NCBI GenBank assembly: GCA_965215885.1
Contig: CBDCEW010000087.1
Location: 1-64,000, forward strand
DNA length: 64,000 nt
Reading direction: 5' to 3'
Source: Candidatus Moanibacter sp.
Lineage (GTDB): Bacteria; Verrucomicrobiota; Verrucomicrobiia; Opitutales; UBA2987
In this document: piece after piece, positions 57,430 through 64,000 of the stretch
Numbering within the stretch: the stretch's first letter is position 1
How the letters are laid out: the number at the start of each line of letters is the position of its first letter
The notes under the pieces: model-generated
Databases searched by the model: none
Seen by the model: the letters and a program-made list of their open reading frames with translations, nothing else
Told to the model about the DNA's origin: nothing
Position numbers and translations under genes: made by a program

Positions 57430-60213
57430 TCAATTTGAGAGAGGCGCCTGTAGGGCTGTTTCCCGATATCGACCGTCCCAATAGCTCGAATATCCAACCT
57501 GTTCAACGACTTCACCAAATGAAACTCGAGAATAAGCATCGTAGGTGATGTCTCTCTCACAATTGACGACGTAGATATCTCCGGCTTCAAGCAAACCGCC
57601 TCCGTCGTATCGCCAATTCTTCTTCTGAAGGTCGATCGCGACAGGGGATCCGTCAATAAGGTTTTCCCTGAATTGCACTTGGGATCGATCCTTTATCTGC
57701 AGACCGATCACGCAATCCCTGAAAAGACACTTATCAATCACAAGATGGGAGTCTTCGCCCACCGATACTCCTTTGTCCCGGGCGGTATCGAAGACAGATG
57801 ATTCGATACTTGCATCAGTCGTCATCAGATCAATTGCATCATCTCCGCTGTTTCGAAATCGTGAATTCGTGATACGGAGATTCCTGCAGATATCCGCGTC
57901 AAACGCATCCATGGCGGAGTCCAGGAATGTACAACCCTCCACCAGTGCGTTGTCGCAGTAGGCCAGTCTAAGACTGTCGTCTCCAACATGATTGCGAAGA
58001 AAGGTGCAATTTCGAAGCGTCACATCATCAACATCGTGCAGGGAGACGGCCCCACTGTATTCGATCAGCGACCTCTCCGCTCGCGACCCGTCCGACCAGA
58101 TACAATGCTCAAAGAGGGAACCGTTTGCTCCCCTACCCTGCAGGACGAACGCTCCCCACGGCTTGCCACGATGTAAAGCCTTGATACGAATGGGATTCGC
58201 CGCCGTCCCTTTGGCTACGACCCGTCCAAATGAGAACAAAGATACTTTTTCCTCTAGTAACAGAGTTGTGCCGGCGGCGATTTCGAGCGTTACTTTTTCC
58301 GAATATTCCAAATTTTCATCCACGATTATTTCACCTGGGCCAATGCGTAGAGTCTCGGGTAACGCTTCTTTCCTCAGCTTCCAAGGATGCAGGGAAGCTG
58401 AATTCGCGCTTTCCTCTTCGCGAATCTCTTCATATCGCGATACAATCGACGCTTCGTTAACGGCGTTAGCCGCTGTAACACTGACTTCCTCGACACGTCC
58501 TTCTCCAACATCGATGAGGATAGTGTAAGCAAGCGGAGAAGGCACCAAATCAAAAGTGCCGAAAGAGAGAGCATGCCTTTTCTGAAGCGCTTCCTCGTAT
58601 CCAGGATACAAAATCTCGTCTAATTCAATTGTGACACCTTCGTCCTCCCCTGGCCCTTTCGCAATCAACTCATCCGCATCGTCGACTTCTTCATTTCCGT
58701 TACGATCGCGAAAGAGCCCAACCCTCTGAAACTCACCCACAACCTTCAACTCGGTCACTCTCGCCGCCACGTTCCCGCTCGATGTAATCCTCAACAGATA
58801 GGAGTTTTTCCCTCTTTCAAGACTATACTCCAAAGAGGCGTTATTTAAGTAAGTCATGAGAAAATCGACACGTTCATCGATCCCGTTGAGATAAAACCCA
58901 AGCTGCTCCTCGTACTGGGCCATGTCGTAAACGACAACCGGAGTCTTGCGAATCTTCATGAATCTTCTTGACCAGTTGTCTCTGAAATTTTTGAAGACAT
59001 CGGCCTCCAGGCAGGGACGCAGAATCCCGTCCAGTTGCTTGAACCGTTCAACAATCTTGCGCTTCGTGAGCGCCCCGGTCGTGAGATTCTCGAAAAGAGT
59101 ACGGTGTCGGAGAAATTCAAACTCAGGAATGAGTTTAAATCTTACTAAAAGCGGGTTGAGCACTAAATCGAGAGAACGGCTCTTCAGATTCCACTCATTT
59201 GCATCCCAAGCCGCCGGTTCGAATTTTCCGGTGACCGGATCGAAATAGATCTTATGGTTATGATGATAATCATGAATTGCGCATGCGGTAAGATTATCCA
59301 AACTCAGATAGTGCGCATATGCCTGTAGGTTGAGGTGCCTCTTTGCGAATTCATAAAACTCCACCAATGACGCATTATTGACCTGTTCAAGGAGGATTCC
59401 AATTTCACTTCGATCCTCTTCGTACTCCAGACCTCGAGAAGCAGATTTCTCCCAATATCTTTCATCTTCCCAAAGCATGCTCACACCAGTGACGGAATTG
59501 CGTGGCGCTCCATCGCCGCTGTAGAGACTGCCTGGCATTCGCCGTGACCTGCGAATCGTACTCTCTTCCATAGGATCCTGCCACAGATATACTCCCATAT
59601 ACTGGCTGTTCAGCACAAATCGCACGGGAAATACTCTGGGAGCGACTAACCCGAGTTCCTTTCCGAGTTCCATTGCAATCACTTCGTTGAATGCGAGACG
59701 GGTGCGCGGGTTCTTGAGGTTAATGAGTCGAGATCCATTGATGAGCTGCGACCGCTTCGTTTTGATTTTCCAGGATTTCTGCGGATACAACCAATGCCAG
59801 TGGTTATCCCCTACATACCGCGCTTTTACCGTATGTGTCTCGTCTCCCCATTTTAAATAGGCCCGAAAATAAGTGCTTTTGCCGCTCGCAGGCAGGTCCC
59901 TGTTCAGCTCTGCGAGGTTCTCCGCGCTCACCGACATCTGCACCAGAGGAAGTTCGCTGTTCAGCGGCATTTCAGTCGCGCCTGTCCGCAATTCGAGCCT
60001 CTTTATCTGATCACGAATGAAATAGCGTACCAATTCGGGGTTCAAAGGGAGCCAATCGTCCCTTCCCGCACTCAAGGCTGCCAAACGATAGTAACTCCCC
60101 ATAGAGATTGCGATAAGCCATCCGAACCAGATCAATATAGGTAGTGAAAGCAGTACCGCGGTACCTAACCGTATCTGATAGAGCGACTTACTCCATTTTC
60201 GAAGGGATTTCAT
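57430..60213 (-). CDS. CotH-family kinase with C-terminal right-handed beta-helix (start at MKSLRK)
   Basis: KSWKIK, YMGVY, HDYHHNHKIYFDP…FEPAAWD; repeated DAFDAD/DAIDL/DKGVSVGE. Confidence 0.85.
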   Translation of the reverse strand: MKSLRKWSKSLYQIRLGTAVLLSLPILIWFGWLIAISMGSYYRLAALSAGRDDWLPLNPELVRYFIRDQIKRLELRTGATEMPLNSELPLVQMSVSAENLAELNRDLPASGKSTYFRAYLKWGDETHTVKARYVGDNHWHWLYPQKSWKIKTKRSQLINGSRLINLKNPRTRLAFNEVIAMELGKELGLVAPRVFPVRFVLNSQYMGVYLWQDPMEESTIRRSRRMPGSLYSGDGAPRNSVTGVSMLWEDERYWEKSASRGLEYEEDRSEIGILLEQVNNASLVEFYEFAKRHLNLQAYAHYLSLDNLTACAIHDYHHNHKIYFDPVTGKFEPAAWDANEWNLKSRSLDLVLNPLLVRFKLIPEFEFLRHRTLFENLTTGALTKRKIVERFKQLDGILRPCLEADVFKNFRDNWSRRFMKIRKTPVVVYDMAQYEEQLGFYLNGIDERVDFLMTYLNNASLEYSLERGKNSYLLRITSSGNVAARVTELKVVGEFQRVGLFRDRNGNEEVDDADELIAKGPGEDEGVTIELDEILYPGYEEALQKRHALSFGTFDLVPSPLAYTILIDVGEGRVEEVSVTAANAVNEASIVSRYEEIREEESANSASLHPWKLRKEALPETLRIGPGEIIVDENLEYSEKVTLEIAAGTTLLLEEKVSLFSFGRVVAKGTAANPIRIKALHRGKPWGAFVLQGRGANGSLFEHCIWSDGSRAERSLIEYSGAVSLHDVDDVTLRNCTFLRNHVGDDSLRLAYCDNALVEGCTFLDSAMDAFDADICRNLRITNSRFRNSGDDAIDLMTTDASIESSVFDTARDKGVSVGEDSHLVIDKCLFRDCVIGLQIKDRSQVQFRENLIDGSPVAIDLQKKNWRYDGGGLLEAGDIYVVNCERDITYDAYSRVSFGEVVEQVGYSSYWDGRYRETALQAPLSN

Positions 60214-60214
60214 G

Positions 60215-60281
60215 CAACCAAACTGGTAGGTCCTTCCGTGGAGAAGAGAATTGAACAGAAGGAAACAGAGAGAAACGGAGA
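60215..60281. repeat. 67-bp dispersed repeat abutting the CotH start codon
   Basis: Matches 6676-6742. Confidence 0.88.
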
Positions 60282-60424
60282 GGAATAAGAGAGGAAGAGT
60301 AGCCCACGGATGGCTCCGCAGTACCACGGATGGGGAATGAATCGGAAAGGCTCGGTCTGTGGCCCCGATTTAGTCATGATTTAACCCTTCGTTCCTAGCT
60401 CAAATTCCCAAGATATCTAAGGGC

Positions 60425-61160
60425 CTAAAAGTCGATCTCCTGCTGCCCTTCTACCAGTGTCACTTTGTGATTTTGGTTGGCCTCCCTCATCTCACGCAAG
60501 AATTCTTCCGCCTTGAACCGACCCTTTAGATTGACACTGTAGATCAACTCGATGAGATCGCCTTTCAAGACTGTCTCAATGCCAATCAGGCTCGTTTCCA
60601 GAAAGTATTTCTGAAAGAGGCGATCGAATTCCACTTCGTGAGGAAAGTCTTCGGGCACCTGAACCATCAATATTCGCTCGCTAACCGATTGAGCGAACGG
60701 CTGCAACTTATAGAGAAGGAACATTACCGCACAGATCGCCACCGTAGCAAATATGGCCAACAGATAAAAGCCGGTGCCACATGCCATACCAATCGCCATG
60801 GCGAAAAATACAAATCCCACATCCTTGCTATCCTTTACCGCGTTTCGAAAGCGTATTATTGACAAGGCTCCCACAAGGGCGAAGGCGCGGGCGATATTGG
60901 AACCGATTATGAGCATAATCAGCGAAACCACGGTTGCCATCAGGACGAGTGTTTCTACAAAGTTTTGAGAATAAGATATCCCCCGATGGGTTACCTGGTA
61001 GACTTTGGCGATGGGTTAAACTTTGGCGAAAGAAAGAAAGAAGCGCGGATAGAGCAAAGGTGATAGCGACGTGCCAGATTGTGAAGAGCCCAGTCATGTC
61101 CTTGACGGCCGCGGTCTGTTTTATGAGTTCGTCCATATCGTGTACTTCAGTTTTCGGCAT
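60425..61160 (-). pseudogene. DUF4956 membrane protein, frameshifted by a 16-bp insertion
   Basis: IGSNIARAFALVGALSIIRFRNAVKD motif; the two ORFs rejoin if 61013-61028 is removed. Confidence 0.85.
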
Positions 61161-61198
61161 TCATACTGTCAAGACATTCCACATCGTTCGAGGAATGA

Positions 61199-62173
61199 AT
61201 GACCGACTCCGGAACGGAGCGAAGAGCAGAATCGGCCCCTGCTTCCACTATCGGATTCAACTACTCTTCCAAGCCTGGTGTCGTGTTTCATAGATTTCAT
61301 TGTACAGGTAAGAGCAGACTCTGGTTTCTCACAGCATTGCTCTTTTCTTTCACACCAAATCTAATCTGCCTTTCATTTACGCCCATTGCCGGGGAGAGGG
61401 CTCTGCAGCTTAAGCCCGATGAGGACATAGCATCCCGCCTGAAGCTGGGAGACGAATTCAGCTTTGTCGTGATCGGACACGTTCGCGCGAACAAGAATCA
61501 AACCATAAACGAGGCCTTCTCCATCGCGATGACTGCGATGGAATCCATTGATCCGGACTTCATCGTCTTTACTGGAGACATTACATGGGGAGACTGGAAC
61601 AACGGTTTGGAGAAAGTCCTGGATGAATGGAGAATGTTCACGGAATTTCTGGAGCGGTTCAGGATTCCCTACTTTCTGGTTCCCGGAAATCACGAGATTA
61701 CAAATAGACGATCCGCCAAGAGGTATCAGGAGTATTTCGGACCGACCCACGGATTTTTTCAAATAAACCGATTCCGATTCGTATTCCTTGACACAACCGC
61801 ATTTGGGACGGCCGACACCTACGGTTTGCCCATTGAACAGATTCCGCTGCTGACCGGAGAGACCGAGGTGGGAGAAGATACTTTTGTATTCATGCACCAC
61901 CCACTCTGGAAAAAACTTAAACACCTCGAAGAACCGTACAGATTCAAGGAGCAATTTCTCTTTGCAGGAAACAGCAAAGACTTCCAATACTCACTCACAG
62001 GCGATGGAAAGATCCAGATACTGAATGGGCTGGATTCATGGCCCGGAGGTGAGTCGCCGAATCCTATATCCTTTACCCTGGTCTCAATTCGAATCGAGAA
62101 AATCCAATTGAATCACGTATCCGTATCCACTACTGACAGGAAGCTGAGATTCAGAAAGATATACCCAAATTGA
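61199..62173 (+). CDS. Calcineurin-like metallophosphoesterase (start uncertain)
   Basis: FTGD, PGNHE and FMHHP motifs; the first and last metal-binding motifs are degenerate. Confidence 0.75.
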   Translation: MTDSGTERRAESAPASTIGFNYSSKPGVVFHRFHCTGKSRLWFLTALLFSFTPNLICLSFTPIAGERALQLKPDEDIASRLKLGDEFSFVVIGHVRANKNQTINEAFSIAMTAMESIDPDFIVFTGDITWGDWNNGLEKVLDEWRMFTEFLERFRIPYFLVPGNHEITNRRSAKRYQEYFGPTHGFFQINRFRFVFLDTTAFGTADTYGLPIEQIPLLTGETEVGEDTFVFMHHPLWKKLKHLEEPYRFKEQFLFAGNSKDFQYSLTGDGKIQILNGLDSWPGGESPNPISFTLVSIRIEKIQLNHVSVSTTDRKLRFRKIYPN

Positions 62174-62271
62174 TTGCGCGGCTCTTTCGAACTTTGCATT
62201 CGTTCAATAGACATTTCTCTGTTCAATCATCATTGAATCATCGATCGACAGGCTCTATGAGACAAATTCCG

Positions 62272-63651
62272 ATGAAGAAGAATAACAACATTCTGCGTTT
62301 CTTAAGGTTCCCAGGACTTACGATCGTTCCGGGTGGAATGATGCTGGCCATGCCTACCCAGTGCTTGGGAGATGTTGGCTTCACTACGGCTGAAACTCTC
62401 TTCCCGGAACTGGCCGCAATCTACGAAACGACAAGCGAGAAGGCGCCTTCCTTGCATGTGCAATACCAGAGTGTCGGAATCTCGGAAGGGAATGCCTTCG
62501 TCTCCGCTTCGGAGAAATATCCCGATCTTCGATTGATAGCGAACGGTGGGTATGCGCGCAACGTTCGGCAAGATGCGGCGGCCACGGATATCGCCCGGGC
62601 GGATTTCAGCTTCGCACTCGAGCACCCAATCTACAAATGGGGCGCCGTAAAAGCCCAGGACCGTATAGGCGAGATCGATGTCACCCTGGCGAGGAGTAAC
62701 TATCGGCGTTTTTATCAGGCGCTTGTCTCACAAGTGCGTTCTCTCTATCTCGATCTCGTCCTGGAAAAGATCACCTGGAGAAACAAGCTTCTTCGGGAGA
62801 AGATCGTAGGGAAGCTTATTAAAGACCAGACGGAGAGACAGAGACTCGGTACTGTATCCGAGGAGGAGACAATTCTCGTGCTGATCGATCTCAAGGAGAC
62901 GCTTCTTCGAATCGAGCAGGACAAGCTGTCGATCGAGCGCGATTTGGAGCAATTCAGGCACCTGACCGGATTCGACAGACTTTTTCTTGAGGCGATTCCA
63001 GAGACGATTCCACAGCTGACATTCTCCAAAGATGCCTCCAACGAACTCCTCCTCGAGTTTATTGAAACCGGAATGATGGAGAAGTCAGAATGGCGCATTA
63101 AGGAAGATCAGATCAATAAGGCCAGGGAGAAACTAACCATCTCCAAATCTCGCAATCGTCCCTTGCTGGGTCTCCTCGTTTCCGCACGGCAGGAACAGAG
63201 AGACACCTCAGCGCGCGACGACGTCCCTACCCTCGTCTATTTTGGCGGGTTCCAGGTGAAGTGGGATATATTTGATGGATTCGCAACCAAGGGCAGAACC
63301 CTTGCCAATATCGCTCAAATTCGGCTCTTAGAGCTTCAACTCAAAGACATGCAATCCCAATTCACACGGCAAGTTGAAGAACTCGCTTCCGATTTGTCTC
63401 TCGAACACAGATTTCTCGAACTCACGGAGGAGAGATTTCGGGTCGGTGTGAGAAAGTGGGAACGCGTGCAATCGGACTGGGCAAACAAGATCATCTCTGA
63501 ACTGCAATACTTGCAAGGTCAGTCCCAGCATTTCGAGAGGGAAAGGAAACTCTATGAATCGCGGTCTCGCTTCCTCTTGAAGTCTTCTGACTTTCTCTCC
63601 CTTGTAGGCCATGATCCTGCCATGGACTATTACTCAAACCCGACCAGGTGA
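62272..63651 (+). CDS. TolC-family outer membrane protein (start uncertain)
   Basis: Two OEP-like repeats (YPDL…HPIYKWG; RPLL…WDIFDGF) with coiled coils. Confidence 0.8.
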   Translation: MKKNNNILRFLRFPGLTIVPGGMMLAMPTQCLGDVGFTTAETLFPELAAIYETTSEKAPSLHVQYQSVGISEGNAFVSASEKYPDLRLIANGGYARNVRQDAAATDIARADFSFALEHPIYKWGAVKAQDRIGEIDVTLARSNYRRFYQALVSQVRSLYLDLVLEKITWRNKLLREKIVGKLIKDQTERQRLGTVSEEETILVLIDLKETLLRIEQDKLSIERDLEQFRHLTGFDRLFLEAIPETIPQLTFSKDASNELLLEFIETGMMEKSEWRIKEDQINKAREKLTISKSRNRPLLGLLVSARQEQRDTSARDDVPTLVYFGGFQVKWDIFDGFATKGRTLANIAQIRLLELQLKDMQSQFTRQVEELASDLSLEHRFLELTEERFRVGVRKWERVQSDWANKIISELQYLQGQSQHFERERKLYESRSRFLLKSSDFLSLVGHDPAMDYYSNPTR

Positions 63652-64000
63652 TGACAATCCGTTCCAGTCTGAAGTGGCTGGCGGCGCTCATTATAGTAAT
63701 TCTGGCCGCTCTTTTTTTCCTTCGGATGGTGCGTCCAAGAGCAATTACCGCGGAGGTGAAACGCGACGAAGCGATCAATGCGGTTTCCGGAACTTTGACC
63801 GTGGAAGAGAAATTCCGCATGCAGGTTCGGAGCGAGAGTGGTGAACGTGTCGTGTCTACCAATATGGAGGTCGGTCAAGGAATAAGAGAGGGTGAGACGA
63901 TTCTGCAGTTGGACACGACCGAACGAAAACTGCAAATTGAGGCCATAGTAATCCAATACGAAGCACACAAAGATCAGATGGCTCTCGGTTCTCCACTCAA
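63651..64000 (+). CDS. Membrane-fusion / efflux periplasmic adaptor, partial (absent from the ORF track)
   Basis: Open frame MTIRSSLKWLAALIIVILAALFFL…VSGTL…EVGQGIREGETILQLDT (lipoyl-like motif), overlapping the TolC stop. Confidence 0.75.
   Translation, partial: MTIRSSLKWLAALIIVILAALFFLRMVRPRAITAEVKRDEAINAVSGTLTVEEKFRMQVRSESGERVVSTNMEVGQGIREGETILQLDTTERKLQIEAIVIQYEAHKDQMALGSPL

Noticed and set aside
1..64000. rRNA, tRNA or integron attC arrays
   Set aside because: No such structures or integrase recognised by eye; tRNAscan, Infernal and IntegronFinder were not run.

Overview
A bacterial surface-polysaccharide/glycan-modification region, possibly from Verrucomicrobiota (low confidence, from a C-terminal 'RRFYRAVV'-type tail and the intergenic repeat types), heavily remodelled by insertion sequences. 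Positions 1-17277 are a near-identical inverted copy of 23190-40504, separated by a unique 5.9 kb centre; the inner breakpoint is an ISAs1-like element. Four IS types are present in 8 copies: three 1319-bp IS4 copies with swapped 9-bp target duplications, which record a ~14 kb inversion; two ISAs1-like copies with a DUF4338 (DruA-like) fusion; two copies of a 2376-bp element with a 741-aa DDE transposase and 3-bp TSD, at different sites in the two arms; and one frameshifted IS4. Two GxxExxY nuclease-like genes are both IS-disrupted. They sit among a family of periodic CACGGAT/CGCGGAT repeats: long inverted pairs, a 4x44-bp array and a recurring GC-hairpin-CAACCAAA leader, which together look like a REPIN/MITE-like system. 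Further genes: glycosyltransferases (GT2, GT4, GT9), two TPR-GT41 (OGT/SPINDLY-like) paralogues, sulfotransferase, sugar-nucleotide enzymes, Wzm, an asparagine-synthase-like protein, a DUF4956-CotH-VTC module, a metallophosphoesterase, TolC and the start of a membrane-fusion protein. No rRNA, tRNA or CRISPR array was recognised. All family calls come from motif recognition by eye, not database searches.
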